A stretch of 64,000 nucleotides of DNA. It comes from a virus (Duplodnaviria > Caudoviricetes). The stretch is taken from positions 22,058-86,057 of the IMG/VR virus record IMGVR_UViG_3300033067_000589; one strand, 5' to 3'. A program made the translations under genes and the position numbers. Of the stretch, positions 1-11,314 are shown piece after piece (the first letter of the stretch is position 1; every line of letters begins with the position of its first letter). The notes under the pieces were generated by a model. The model was not told the DNA's origin. It did not search any database and saw only the letters and a list, made by a program, of their open reading frames with translations.

Positions 1-3
1 ACA

Positions 4-1179
4 ATGAGTGATGTAAGAGATATATACGCATCTATTGGTGCTACTTTACCACCGGCAATAGTTGTGGGTCAAAGGAGTAACCCTACAACCACTCAGTCAA
101 TCGGAAACAGGCAAGCAACAGGTGGCGGTGGTGGCACATCAAGACCATCAAATAGGGCAACAGGGGGGAAGGCAGCACCTACTGCAAAACCTCCAGTGAA
201 AACAAATCCTATGGCTAGTTTTAGGGATTTGTATATGTTAGGTACTCCAGAAGTTATGAGTGGTGGAAACTTTGCAAGTATAGAAGGACTCCAAGTTCCA
301 CAAGCACCTGCTACTCCAACTCCTGACAACACAGCACCTGCAACGCCAACATCCGTTACATCCGAAGCTCAAACCAAAAAGTCTTTAATGGATAGATTGA
401 GAGACTTGAGAAACTCTAAGATAAATGATGCAGACGCAAATAGAAGAAAGGGTAATCTCGCTGATAGTGCTACTGCATTGTATCAAACAATCAGAGGTTC
501 AAGAATTGACCTACCTACATTTGAGCCAAATGCTCAATACCTAGAGTACGGAAATAGACTTGGGCAAATGGCACAATCAGGATTACCTGCAAGTCAAGAT
601 GCACAACTACGATCACAACTTGATAGACAATCGGCTATGACAATGGGTCAATTAGCTAACATTGGTGGTGGTAGTCAAGGTGCTGCATTGGGCGTATTGT
701 CAAATATGGCACAAGGTACACAGGGTGCGGTGGCTCAAAGGGATTTAGCTAATGACCAAGCACAGATGCAAGCATTGGGAATGTATGGTAACTTCTTGGG
801 CAATCAAAGGAATCAAGATTTTGCTCAAGTGTTTGCGCCACAATATGAGCAAGCTGCTGCTGATATTACATCGACAGCACAGAGTATTGCAGCACTAAGA
901 GGTAATATTGAGGCAAGAAACAACTTCTATAATACTTATGAAGACCCTAATTCTCCATATAGAAGAATGATCGAATCTCAAATTAGCTCTATTGGAAGAA
1001 CAGAGCAAAATATAGAAGATGAAAGCAACAAACTTCCGGGTCAATCTGGGGTTAGTTTATATTCTAATGTATTAAAGGATGATGATGCAACATTTAAGGC
1101 ACTAGAGAAAAGTAGGGCTGATTTGAACGCAAGAAATAGAAGGGTAACTGGAACTAGAAATTCTAAAATAGGAGAATAA
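4..1179 (+). CDS. Putative internal virion/ejection protein (391 aa; may be 5'-truncated)
   Basis: Long ORF rich in Q/A/G/T with predicted helical segments; first of three coupled ORFs ending in a giant protein, as in podovirus core-protein blocks. Confidence 0.5.
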   Translation: MSDVRDIYASIGATLPPAIVVGQRSNPTTTQSIGNRQATGGGGGTSRPSNRATGGKAAPTAKPPVKTNPMASFRDLYMLGTPEVMSGGNFASIEGLQVPQAPATPTPDNTAPATPTSVTSEAQTKKSLMDRLRDLRNSKINDADANRRKGNLADSATALYQTIRGSRIDLPTFEPNAQYLEYGNRLGQMAQSGLPASQDAQLRSQLDRQSAMTMGQLANIGGGSQGAALGVLSNMAQGTQGAVAQRDLANDQAQMQALGMYGNFLGNQRNQDFAQVFAPQYEQAAADITSTAQSIAALRGNIEARNNFYNTYEDPNSPYRRMIESQISSIGRTEQNIEDESNKLPGQSGVSLYSNVLKDDDATFKALEKSRADLNARNRRVTGTRNSKIGE

Positions 1180-2672
1180 TGAGAATAGCAGCAAATATAG
1201 GAGCAGCATTGGTGACTCCGGTTCAAAACTGGGCATCTCGTTCTCAAGCGAAGATGGCAGAAGCCCAGTTTAATCAAGTAACTATGCAGAATCTCCAAAT
1301 GCAAGAGCAGGAGATTGTAAGAAATAGAGAAGAGTTGGAGTTGGGATTTGAGCGATTACGTTCACTTCCTTTACCCGAAACGAACAAGCAAGATATTCTA
1401 GCTGAGATTGATAAATTTCAAGAGAATATACAAAAGAAAGTCAAGGGCAATTACGCTAATGCTGCTGAATACATAAGAAAGGAAGGTAAGAAAGATTTAG
1501 CAGCATTAGCAAATACTATTCAAAATTCTGACGCTTACAAGTTGGGGTTAAGAAATAAGGCAATCTTGGCTCAATATGAGGAAGATAGGAAAAAAGGATT
1601 AGTTCCGATGATGGTGAATGGTAAAACATTTGACCAACAACTGGCTGAATTTCAAGCTGGAAAAGTAAAAGAACTTACATACCTAGACCCATATAAACCT
1701 AGTGTTGAATTTGTAAAAACAATAGGAGGTAGCTATGGGAATGATAGGTTCACTAAGCAACAAGCAACGGTTCAAGAAATTGTGATGGAGATGATAAAAA
1801 CAAATCCGGGCATGACACCTGCACAGGCTTACGACCAACTTGTGCAAAGTGGATATGACAAGATTCCTCTATTCTACAAGTTTGATGACAAGTACGACAA
1901 GGCTAAGTATGACTTAGATATGTATGAGAAACGAGATAGGATAGCTAGTAGAAATGAAATGGCTGCCTTGAAGAGAAGAGAAGTAGGAATAGAAGAAGCT
2001 AAGTTAAATATATTCAGACAAAAACTAGACGTAGCTAGTCAAGCTGGGTTTGAGGCTGGAATGGGTGTTACTGCAATACAAACAACAGCCGAAAGGGAGG
2101 GTGGCTCTAAGTATAGATTAAAGAACGGAGTAACTAGGGTAACAACTTCTGACGGGCAAAGTCCTTTATTTGTAAGGGAGATAGCTAGAAACTTGGGTGT
2201 TGAAGTGAGTGATAGCAAGACTGGTGAAACTAAATTTATACTGCCTAAAACTTTTGCAGTTAAAAATGAGTATGGTGGTCAAATAGGTGGATTAGAGAAA
2301 AAGGATAGGGAAATTAATCCTATTCGACTAGAGGCACTTAGGGATAATCAAGGCAATATTCTGAAAACGTATTTGGTTTATACTACCGATATTTCTGAAT
2401 CTGAGTACGAAAACAAGTTTGGAAACTCTACCTACAAAAATAAGTACGTTGGTGGAGAGCCTGTAAAAAGAGTGCAAAGGGCATCAATGTACGACCCTAC
2501 TGGCGGAGCATTTCAGAATGACGAAGTGTATCGCATTACAGCTAGAACAGAAATCCCATCTGGAGGCGTTGATGCTTCATTGCTTGCTAAGGGCGTGGGT
2601 ATCTCTCTGAATGATATGCAGACGGTAAGAGTGGGTCAAAATAATCCCAATGCAGAATTGTATAACGATTAA
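1179..2672 (+). CDS. Putative internal virion protein (497 aa)
   Basis: TAATG overlap with the previous gene; N-terminal coiled-coil character; position. Confidence 0.5.
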   Translation: MRIAANIGAALVTPVQNWASRSQAKMAEAQFNQVTMQNLQMQEQEIVRNREELELGFERLRSLPLPETNKQDILAEIDKFQENIQKKVKGNYANAAEYIRKEGKKDLAALANTIQNSDAYKLGLRNKAILAQYEEDRKKGLVPMMVNGKTFDQQLAEFQAGKVKELTYLDPYKPSVEFVKTIGGSYGNDRFTKQQATVQEIVMEMIKTNPGMTPAQAYDQLVQSGYDKIPLFYKFDDKYDKAKYDLDMYEKRDRIASRNEMAALKRREVGIEEAKLNIFRQKLDVASQAGFEAGMGVTAIQTTAEREGGSKYRLKNGVTRVTTSDGQSPLFVREIARNLGVEVSDSKTGETKFILPKTFAVKNEYGGQIGGLEKKDREINPIRLEALRDNQGNILKTYLVYTTDISESEYENKFGNSTYKNKYVGGEPVKRVQRASMYDPTGGAFQNDEVYRITARTEIPSGGVDASLLAKGVGISLNDMQTVRVGQNNPNAELYND

Positions 2673-2695
2673 AAAAAAGAAACTAAACAATATAA

Positions 2696-5600
2696 ATGGG
2701 AAAGCAAAGAAGTAAGGCAGATATTCCAGTAAATGTAAGTGCGTATAGCCTAAGAGACGTAAATGAAACCTTAGTCGAAAATAGACTAAGGGATTCTGGA
2801 TTTAAAAATGTACCAAGAAGTGCAGTACAATCTATTGTAGCAAGGGGTGGTATTGCGAGTAAAGATAGAAAAACTGGTGAAGCTATCAATATACCCGTTT
2901 CAAGTTTACCAACACAAAAGACGTATGAGACCATAAAAGGAGATGTTGAGAGTGCATCAGAACTCTTCTTTCAAGGGCTAACAGATATTCCAGTAAGTGT
3001 AAGTGCAGGTATTCAACAAATGCTTGCAGGCACAGACAAGCAAAAGTTAGATGCCATTAGAAAATGGCAAGACGACAATACAAATCAACTTTCATTTGCA
3101 GCCAAAAGGATGCTTGAAAATGAAGAGATGAGTATTGAGAAATTTATGTTTACCGCAGGTAATACCGTTGGACAAATAGTTGGCTCAATGGCAACTGCTG
3201 CTGCTGGTACGGCTATTGGTGCTACTGCTGGTACTGCTGTGGGTGGCCCAGTTGGTACAGTTGGTGGTGCTATTGGTGGATTCTTGGGAGGTATGGCTGT
3301 GAATATGCCGTTTATGTACAACTCCTTATTAAATTCAGCTAGAGATGCAGGGATAAATGATGCAGATGCAGTAGGGTATGCTTATGGCGCAGGCATTGGA
3401 CTTGCTGCGCTAGAGGCAGTTCCATTATCTAAAATTGCAGGTTGGACAGCAAAATCAGTAGCTCCGTCACTTACAAAGAGTGTCCTTAATAAAATGACAA
3501 CCAAGTACGGTGCTAAAAGTGCAAATGAACTTATTGAAAGGATTGGTGCAGACAGGTTCAATAAAGAGGTTGCTGTTGGAATATATAAGGCTGCAAGAAA
3601 TGGAATTGCAGATAGGGTTATAGGGAAGGCTGGTGCAGTAGGCATGGGGGCTTTGGCAGAAGGTGGTCAAGAGATTACCGAGTTTTATTTAGAAAAACTA
3701 GCTCAAGCAACCTATGATTCAACAAGAGGAGAGGGTAGGCAAGCTGGCAAAGGAGCTTTTGGTACTCAATTTACTCAAGAAGAGTTTTTTGGCAAAAAGG
3801 CTAGAGACGAGGCGTTTTGGAATGGTGTATTTGGTGCTGTTGGTGGTGGATTTGCCGGAACAGTACAAGCTGTATCTTCTCCACTTTATAAAACTGGTGT
3901 TTACGATACAATCGACACTTTTGTAAAAAGAGGTAAAACTGTTGATGAAGCTGTTGCTGCGTTGAATGGAATTATTGATAGGAGAATTGGTGAAGGGGAG
4001 TTAGCACAAGATATTGCAGACACCGCAAAATCAGCCATCCAGAATGTAGCACAATCATATAATAAGATTGGCGGTAAATTTGATGAGCCAGAATTTAGAT
4101 ATGTTGTTTACGAAAGAATATCTAAGAAAGATGATTTAGTAAAAGAACTTGGCGCACTAGAATCTAAGAAAGCTGAGATACAGGGTATTATTTCTCAAAA
4201 TCAAGGTGATGCAGACATCTATACTGTGGATATGATGGAGATTGATAAGTTAATTGACCAAAAACAAAGGCAATTAGACTTTACATCTACTTGGCTGAAA
4301 GACTATACTCAAAAGTATTACGATAATAAGAAAGCAAAAAATACCGCTCGTGGTCAATTTATTGATGATTCGATCAACGACTTTATTGTAAGAACAGATA
4401 GTTTTGACAAAAAGAAACAGACACCTTACGAGTTTGCAAAAGAAGCAAACGATGCGTACAATGCAGGAATGAAGGAAATTGATTTACAGTACGACTCCCA
4501 AGTGAAATCAATGAATATTACTTCATTGAATGAGAATGTAAATCAAGACTTCGATGAGATTGATACAATAAAAACAAAAGTAAGAACAAATCCTTCCTCA
4601 AATGAAAATCCAGAGTTTGCTGATGTTGTTTTGGCTACCGACGAGGATGGGAATATAGCTATAAGAAGAGAGAGTATTATTGATGGGCAATCAAAAGTTG
4701 ATTACATTCCAATCGCCAATACTCCACAATACGAACCAGTAGTGGCTCGTGCAAAAAGTTACTTTGAAAATAGAGATAGTTTTGAGGGTATTGCATCTAA
4801 GTTAGTTCTTGGTCAAGAATTAACAGAAGATGAAGCTGAACTGTATGAGGATTTTGCAGATAACATTGATGGTTATAAGGAAGAAATGGAACGTGCTGCA
4901 AATTTCAATGCAAATTTGGCTTTAGCAAAAATGTTTGCAAAGCCAATAAAAGAAGCATTGCAAGGTATGGCCCCAGCTATTCAACGCTACCAAGAGAGGG
5001 TTGCAGAAATTGATGAGACATTAGCTAGAGATGAAAATATACCTGCATCAAATCAAGACCTAGGTAGTACAGAGAAAAACAAAAAACTATCTGCAAATGA
5101 GATAGCCAAGTTAAATCAAAACAAACAGGCCCTACTTGCTGAGATTGAAAAGTACAATAAAGAACTTCAAAGGGTTACAGAGATGAATCCCGATGATTCT
5201 CCATTAGAAGAGTTGAACAGTAAAGAGCTTGCACTCTATCAAACAAGAATGGCAGAGGTGGATATTCTTTTCAATGAGATGGTAGAGAAGTTCCTTACAA
5301 ACAAAGCAAGTAATCTTGATGATTTCTATGGAACATACGGACAGTATGGATTCCTTAGAAATATGGAGGAATATGCAAAAAGTATAGCAACTCAAAAAAG
5401 ACTATTTATGGATTCGTATAATCCAGAAATAGCAAATACAATCAATAAGATTATTGACAAAGCGAGGATTCTTGAAGCAAAAATGCAAGAGGTTCGTGCT
5501 GGTATCGAGGCTGCAAAACAAAAACAAGAAGAGGCGAAGGCTGCTGCGGAACAAATAAAACTAGAGAAGCAAAAGGCAAAAGAAGCTAAAAAGCTACTAG

Positions 5601-8600
5601 ATGAGGCTAATGCTAAACTTGACAAAGAAAAGAAAAAGAAACAAACAAAGAAAGGAGAACCTAAAAAAGAGGATACTCCACAAGAACAAGAGGTTCAAGA
5701 AGAACTAACCGAAACAGTAGCTGAACTAGAACAAGTAGTAAAAGAAGCTGGTGATATTATCATAGAGGCAGCAAACAACATAGAACAAATAAGAGGAGAA
5801 TTAACAAATGAACAGCAATTACCAACAGATAGTACAGAAAATGAGGGCGGAGTACAATCAGTCCAGACATCTACTACTCCAATATCAGGAACAAGTGAGA
5901 CTACTCTCCAAGAGAATGTTACCCAAGGAGAAATCACTCCAGAGGGAGAGGGTACAGCAACTATGGCAACAGATGCAACAGAATCCATCGTGCCAAGTGG
6001 AAGTGATGATACTGCAAGCACGCAAGGAGGAGGTACGCAAACGCAACTTCCGAATGTTAGCGGAGATGTAAAAACACAAGAAGAAAAAGTGAGTGATGCA
6101 CTTGAAGTATTGAATAGTGAAAAATTCAACGAACTATCAAGTAGTGATGTTGATATGCCATCACTTGATAATAAGAGTGCGGATAGCCTAGAGTCGCTAC
6201 TTGCACAAAAGCAAGAACTACTAAAAGGCAATCTATCTCCAGAAGATAGGCAATTAGTTCAAGACCAAATAGCCGAAATAGAAGGTCAAATCAAACAAAA
6301 GGCTATTGAGAATGATGAAATTGTAACCGATACTAAACCAGAGGTTCAAGCACTTAATGCTTACAATAACATACCAGATGTTGCTATCAAGGTAAAGATT
6401 CAAGATACTAAAGGGTTAATTAAGGTAACAAGGGGCAAACTAGGAGATTCACTTAATGACGAAACAAGAAATGTAATCATAAGTGACATAAAGCAAGTTG
6501 GCGACAAAATACAAGTAGTACTGTATGGTGATGAAAATGTAGTAAACCTTACAAAGAATAGCGAAAACAAGGTTATTGCAAGTAATCAGTTCAACGAGCC
6601 TATCACAGTAAAAATGAATGTAGATGAATTTGTGTCTATGTTCACCTTTGGGAATAGTAGTGAACTTCAAAGGAGGGCTACACTTGAAAATCTAGGAATA
6701 ACTGAAAAGCCTCAATCGGAAGGTACGGTTACTATTCCAAAAGGAACTAATGTGCAAATCGCATACGAACTCGGAAATGAGGTAAAAGGTAAAAGCGCAA
6801 CACTACAAAAGAGCCTTAAAATAGACTCAAATAATTACAAGTTAAATACGGATATTGGCTTAAATACAGGGGCTATTTTAAGTATTGCTGATGCAACCGG
6901 AAAAATAATTTACCAAAGAGGTGCAACAACTCAAACGCAAGAACAAGCTACATCTGCACAACAAGGAAGTACTGATATTCAAAACCAACTCTTGGAAATC
7001 AAGAGAAATGGGTCAATGACTTTTGATTCTGGTAGTCAGAAGTTCTTCAATAGATTTGCTGCTGGTATTGAAAGGATATTCCCCGGAGTAAGCATTGGTG
7101 TATTATCTGAACAAGACTGGATTGATTCTGGATTAAGCCCATCATCAAGAGGTGCTTTCAATAGAAAGACAGGTCAAGTGATGCTAAGAGAATCTATGTA
7201 TGATGGAAGTACATTCGTACATGAGGTTGGTCACGCTATAATGAAAATCATTGGAGATGTAGATACCAACCTTTACAATGCAATGCTTGATGCAGTAGAG
7301 GGTACAAAATACGAAGCATACGTAAGGGATAATTATCCTAATCTAACAACTAGGGAAGAGATACTTTCAGAGGCGATGGGGTATGCTATTCAAGACAAAG
7401 GTGTCAAAATGCAATCAAGACCAATGGCTGCATTTAGAGATATGATGACCAAGGCATTTAATGCTATCAAGAAATTCATGGGTTATCGTACCAATAAAGA
7501 TATTGGAGATATGACGCTTGATGATTTTACATCTGAGGTAGCAGGAATAATGTTTGGCATTAAAGATGCAGACATATTCTTAGATGAGTTTGATTTGACT
7601 CAAAATGCAGAACTGAATAATTATTTTGAGACAGAAGGCAATACTGACGAATCTAGTATCCAGTACCAGTACTTCAAATTCCAAGCTAATCAACAACAGG
7701 TAGCAAAAGGGATAATGAGGGGAAGTGAGTATGCTACATTTTCAGGTAGAGTTTCGGCTGGTGAAGCTACAATGCAAGAAACGATTGATACATTAAAGTC
7801 AATCGTAGATTCGCCAATACTTGAAAGTCAAATGGCAAGCGCACTTACTACTGGTAGCGGTAAAGATAAGTTTGATGGATATTCGTTTATTAAGGCAAAC
7901 CTAAATGACTTTGCTACTGACTACTATAATATCGTAACAAATACAGATGCAAAAAATCTAACTCCTTTGCAAAATTCCGATATTGTAGAACTTGGCAACA
8001 CAATGTTAGAGACGTATGCAGACCAACACAAAAGGTCACATATTGAAGTGGTACAAGACGGTAAACAAGTTCAAGTATTTGTAGATCCGGCAAAAGAAGC
8101 ATCTAATGTAAATAAAAATGTAAGGTCATTCTTTGATGCAGCCAGAGCTAAAGGAATTATGGCTAAATATACAGCCAAGTTCCTTACTGGAAGTATGTTC
8201 TCAAACCTATCCAACATGGATACTGTTGCACAGATGTTAAGTGGAGACAATGGTATAATGAAAGGTATTCAAGATTTGAGAGTACACATGAATAAGGTTG
8301 CAGCTAGAGTTCATAATGGCATGAGGAAAGCTATTTATGATGCAACAGAAGAATTGACTCAAATTGCAAGAAATAGAGGTAGGGTTTCTAAGTTAAAAGA
8401 AGGTAATTTTAAGCCACTTGAAGAAGAGGTAAACGTTTCGTTCCATAATAACTTTACAGGAGATGCTGAATTAGGAAATAGTAATTTGACACTAGGTCAA
8501 TTAGCCTACATATACTTAGCGAGACAAACTCAGGTTGATAGTGATTTTCAGAGAAGAAATGCAGGACTACTAAAGAGTATTGCGAACATTCAAAAGGAAA

Positions 8601-10636
8601 TAGATAAGGCTAAAAAGATAGGCAATAGCAAGAGAGTATCTTTATTGACCACTGAAATGGATGCAAAGCAACTAGAACTCAAGAATCTAAAAAGAGACCT
8701 AGATGCTTCTGATATTATCTATGACCCAACCGTTAAGGATGGAAGCCACTTATCTAAATATGTCATATCGAACAATAAAAGAACTAACAGAGGTATATCC
8801 TTTGAATTAGAAAACGAGCAAAAAGTAACTATACTATTAACTCGTGACCAAATGAAGGTTATTGATGATATGTTCGAGAATGGTGGTAAGTATGAAGAGG
8901 AAATGAAAGTACTAAGAAGATTTTGGAGTTCAGATGCTGTAAAAAATGTGTTCACAGAAGCAAATGAGGTAAAATACAGGATTGAAGGCGGAAGAGCACA
9001 AGAAGTGTTTGGCACTTATATTCCAATTAGAAAAGACACTGCTGATTCATTAAGTGAAACGTCAGTCGAACCTAACGTAAAGAATATGAGATTCGTTCTC
9101 GAGAGAACTGGTCTTGCAGGAAGAATAGTTGGATTAGATATGTTTTCCATTATGAATGAATACATGGAGCAAAATACAGAATATATCGCCAATGCCGAAT
9201 ATCGTGATTCGCTTCGTACTTATAGAAACTCATTGACTACTGATGATACCTCAAAAAACAGGCTTGTATCCGGTGCTGATATGGAGATTGTGGATGCCAT
9301 TAATACTACATTGAAGGGTATAGATGATATGGTGAGGTCTATTGACAGTGGGCTTAAATCGAGAAGAGATGCGAATCGTGAATTGGATAAAGCTGGTATT
9401 CCTCATAGGATATATAATTTGATACTATCTAATTTCTCTAAAGCTGTATTCTCATTTAACCTTGGTAACTTATTCAAACAGTCTGCTGGTTATTTAGCTG
9501 GTCTTGGTCAGGGTATTGTAGATGATAAATACATATACAGAGAGGTGGGATATATAGGTAAAATTATTCCAGCATCAATGAAGACATACATCACGAATGA
9601 TGGTAAGCTATTTGGTAAAGATTTTAATGGATTTTTCAAGGTAAAAGCAATCGAAAGGGAAATGGAATACCTTGAGAAACATGAATATCATTTTGCTGAC
9701 ATTCTAAGACGTATTCAAGATGAATCTGCATATACCGGAAATATAGAACTAGACTCTCTTGATTTTGTATTAAGGAAAAAAGGTAAACTAGGTGATGTGT
9801 ACCGAGCTGCTAATAAGACCATATTCAAAGGTTTATCTGCAATGAGAATGAATGATGCTGCTGTTATCATTGCTTTTGTAAGGGCTGCCAGAGCTGAGGT
9901 TACAGATTTAGTTAGAAATGGCAAACTATTGGATGCTGAAAATAATCCAATTACTGACGTAGAATCCCCGAAAGCACTGAGATTAATTGCGGAAAAGGCG
10001 AGTGAACTTGTGTATAGAACCAACAATATGTACATGGAGAATGATAAAACTCCACTACAAAGAAGTAATAATATTCTACATAAATCTATTGGTCTATTTT
10101 CATCACAGCCACAAAAAATTTCAAATCTTTTTGCGCAAAGGTTTATGTCTGCTGCTCAAGATGGGTTTAAGAATGAAGAGAAAAACAAGACAATGAGATC
10201 GACTATGGTATGGGCGATGCTTGCTGGTGCTACCCTACAATCGTCTATAACAATCATGTATGGTATTCTAAGAAACGGATATGATGAAGAAAGAGAGTAC
10301 GAGTTGGATTTCTTCTACGAATTTATTAGAAACTTTACTGGTATGTTCCCATCGTTGTCTGTGGAAGTTTTAAATGGACTTCTTAGTGCACTAGATAACG
10401 CACCTTGGACTGGAGATATTGCATCAAATCCTGTATTTAGCTTACTAGAAAATGCAATAAAAGCTACTGCTGCATTGAAAGAGTCTATGGATGAAGACAA
10501 GCCAGAGTTTATTAGAGACAGAAAGTACCAAGAAGGCGTAAGGCAAGGTGCTGATGCTCTTGCCAAGATATTTGGCGCACCAACGGTAGCGGTGAACTTT
10601 ATCGTAAAACAGGCACTACTAGAGGATAAAAAATAA
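2696..10636 (+). CDS. Giant virion/ejection protein with zincin-like metallopeptidase motif (2646 aa)
   Basis: FVHEVGHAIM (HExxH) followed by EEILSEA; Gly/Ala-rich hydrophobic N-terminal segments; acidic linker; long coiled coils. Confidence 0.65.
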   Translation: MGKQRSKADIPVNVSAYSLRDVNETLVENRLRDSGFKNVPRSAVQSIVARGGIASKDRKTGEAINIPVSSLPTQKTYETIKGDVESASELFFQGLTDIPVSVSAGIQQMLAGTDKQKLDAIRKWQDDNTNQLSFAAKRMLENEEMSIEKFMFTAGNTVGQIVGSMATAAAGTAIGATAGTAVGGPVGTVGGAIGGFLGGMAVNMPFMYNSLLNSARDAGINDADAVGYAYGAGIGLAALEAVPLSKIAGWTAKSVAPSLTKSVLNKMTTKYGAKSANELIERIGADRFNKEVAVGIYKAARNGIADRVIGKAGAVGMGALAEGGQEITEFYLEKLAQATYDSTRGEGRQAGKGAFGTQFTQEEFFGKKARDEAFWNGVFGAVGGGFAGTVQAVSSPLYKTGVYDTIDTFVKRGKTVDEAVAALNGIIDRRIGEGELAQDIADTAKSAIQNVAQSYNKIGGKFDEPEFRYVVYERISKKDDLVKELGALESKKAEIQGIISQNQGDADIYTVDMMEIDKLIDQKQRQLDFTSTWLKDYTQKYYDNKKAKNTARGQFIDDSINDFIVRTDSFDKKKQTPYEFAKEANDAYNAGMKEIDLQYDSQVKSMNITSLNENVNQDFDEIDTIKTKVRTNPSSNENPEFADVVLATDEDGNIAIRRESIIDGQSKVDYIPIANTPQYEPVVARAKSYFENRDSFEGIASKLVLGQELTEDEAELYEDFADNIDGYKEEMERAANFNANLALAKMFAKPIKEALQGMAPAIQRYQERVAEIDETLARDENIPASNQDLGSTEKNKKLSANEIAKLNQNKQALLAEIEKYNKELQRVTEMNPDDSPLEELNSKELALYQTRMAEVDILFNEMVEKFLTNKASNLDDFYGTYGQYGFLRNMEEYAKSIATQKRLFMDSYNPEIANTINKIIDKARILEAKMQEVRAGIEAAKQKQEEAKAAAEQIKLEKQKAKEAKKLLDEANAKLDKEKKKKQTKKGEPKKEDTPQEQEVQEELTETVAELEQVVKEAGDIIIEAANNIEQIRGELTNEQQLPTDSTENEGGVQSVQTSTTPISGTSETTLQENVTQGEITPEGEGTATMATDATESIVPSGSDDTASTQGGGTQTQLPNVSGDVKTQEEKVSDALEVLNSEKFNELSSSDVDMPSLDNKSADSLESLLAQKQELLKGNLSPEDRQLVQDQIAEIEGQIKQKAIENDEIVTDTKPEVQALNAYNNIPDVAIKVKIQDTKGLIKVTRGKLGDSLNDETRNVIISDIKQVGDKIQVVLYGDENVVNLTKNSENKVIASNQFNEPITVKMNVDEFVSMFTFGNSSELQRRATLENLGITEKPQSEGTVTIPKGTNVQIAYELGNEVKGKSATLQKSLKIDSNNYKLNTDIGLNTGAILSIADATGKIIYQRGATTQTQEQATSAQQGSTDIQNQLLEIKRNGSMTFDSGSQKFFNRFAAGIERIFPGVSIGVLSEQDWIDSGLSPSSRGAFNRKTGQVMLRESMYDGSTFVHEVGHAIMKIIGDVDTNLYNAMLDAVEGTKYEAYVRDNYPNLTTREEILSEAMGYAIQDKGVKMQSRPMAAFRDMMTKAFNAIKKFMGYRTNKDIGDMTLDDFTSEVAGIMFGIKDADIFLDEFDLTQNAELNNYFETEGNTDESSIQYQYFKFQANQQQVAKGIMRGSEYATFSGRVSAGEATMQETIDTLKSIVDSPILESQMASALTTGSGKDKFDGYSFIKANLNDFATDYYNIVTNTDAKNLTPLQNSDIVELGNTMLETYADQHKRSHIEVVQDGKQVQVFVDPAKEASNVNKNVRSFFDAARAKGIMAKYTAKFLTGSMFSNLSNMDTVAQMLSGDNGIMKGIQDLRVHMNKVAARVHNGMRKAIYDATEELTQIARNRGRVSKLKEGNFKPLEEEVNVSFHNNFTGDAELGNSNLTLGQLAYIYLARQTQVDSDFQRRNAGLLKSIANIQKEIDKAKKIGNSKRVSLLTTEMDAKQLELKNLKRDLDASDIIYDPTVKDGSHLSKYVISNNKRTNRGISFELENEQKVTILLTRDQMKVIDDMFENGGKYEEEMKVLRRFWSSDAVKNVFTEANEVKYRIEGGRAQEVFGTYIPIRKDTADSLSETSVEPNVKNMRFVLERTGLAGRIVGLDMFSIMNEYMEQNTEYIANAEYRDSLRTYRNSLTTDDTSKNRLVSGADMEIVDAINTTLKGIDDMVRSIDSGLKSRRDANRELDKAGIPHRIYNLILSNFSKAVFSFNLGNLFKQSAGYLAGLGQGIVDDKYIYREVGYIGKIIPASMKTYITNDGKLFGKDFNGFFKVKAIEREMEYLEKHEYHFADILRRIQDESAYTGNIELDSLDFVLRKKGKLGDVYRAANKTIFKGLSAMRMNDAAVIIAFVRAARAEVTDLVRNGKLLDAENNPITDVESPKALRLIAEKASELVYRTNNMYMENDKTPLQRSNNILHKSIGLFSSQPQKISNLFAQRFMSAAQDGFKNEEKNKTMRSTMVWAMLAGATLQSSITIMYGILRNGYDEEREYELDFFYEFIRNFTGMFPSLSVEVLNGLLSALDNAPWTGDIASNPVFSLLENAIKATAALKESMDEDKPEFIRDRKYQEGVRQGADALAKIFGAPTVAVNFIVKQALLEDKK

Positions 10637-10659
10637 GGAGAATCAATCTCTCCTTATTT
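10631..10659. terminator. Bidirectional intrinsic terminator
   Basis: AAATAAGGAGA/TCTCCTTATTT 11-bp stem between convergent genes. Confidence 0.75.
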
Positions 10660-11269
10660 TATGAATATATGTGCCACGACCAAGAGATTTACCTTGTTTG
10701 ACCATTTTGTCTTCAAGGTCTTTCTCTTGGTTTTTTATTAATTTCCCAACATCTGATACGACCTTTAATGTTTCTGAAATATGATCCATGAACGATCCCT
10801 TGAGCGACTGCAACCTTTCGGTTCTATCCTCATCTAGCTCTCCTCTCCTTGCTTCCTCTTCTAGTTCTTGTATCTGTTTGTTGTAGTCATCAATATATTC
10901 TTGCTTTACCTTGTTTATTTTTTCAAAGTCAGCAAGTAGTGAGCGATAAATGTCAGCTTGTACATCTGGGTAAATTACACCAAAGATAGATTGTGCGTTC
11001 TTAAATAGCTGATTTCTATAAAACTCTGATATATTTGTGCGATTATCTTCATCTGGTGGATATTGATTTACGATTCCGGTTACAATAGCATCTCTATCTT
11101 TTTCCGGGATTGCTCCAAAAGGGTGAGGATTACAGAATAAATAGAGGTAGTATAGGCCATTCATACCATACTTTGATTTGGCTATATCTCTAAATTGTGG
11201 CACTTGCAGGGCTGCATCAATATCTACAATGATGGAAAAATTATTTTGTTGGTCTATCTTGCAATACAT
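10643..11269 (-). CDS. Hypothetical protein (208 aa), possible terminase small subunit
   Basis: Clean ORF, helical, on the same strand as TerL; function inferred from position only. Confidence 0.45.
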   Translation of the reverse strand: MYCKIDQQNNFSIIVDIDAALQVPQFRDIAKSKYGMNGLYYLYLFCNPHPFGAIPEKDRDAIVTGIVNQYPPDEDNRTNISEFYRNQLFKNAQSIFGVIYPDVQADIYRSLLADFEKINKVKQEYIDDYNKQIQELEEEARRGELDEDRTERLQSLKGSFMDHISETLKVVSDVGKLIKNQEKDLEDKMVKQGKSLGRGTYIHKIRRD

Positions 11270-11283
11270 ATTTAAAAATTAAT

Positions 11284-11291
11284 TATATTTG
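11284..11291 (+). promoter_or_regulatory. Bacteroidota-type -7 promoter box
   Basis: TATATTTG matches TAnnTTTG, 24 nt before the ATG at 11315. Confidence 0.5.
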
Positions 11292-11314
11292 TACTCAGTA
11301 AATATACGGAAAAT

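Noticed and set aside
5204-6231. Several overlapping short ORFs inside the giant protein gene
   Set aside because: Shadows of low-complexity E/K/T-rich coding sequence.
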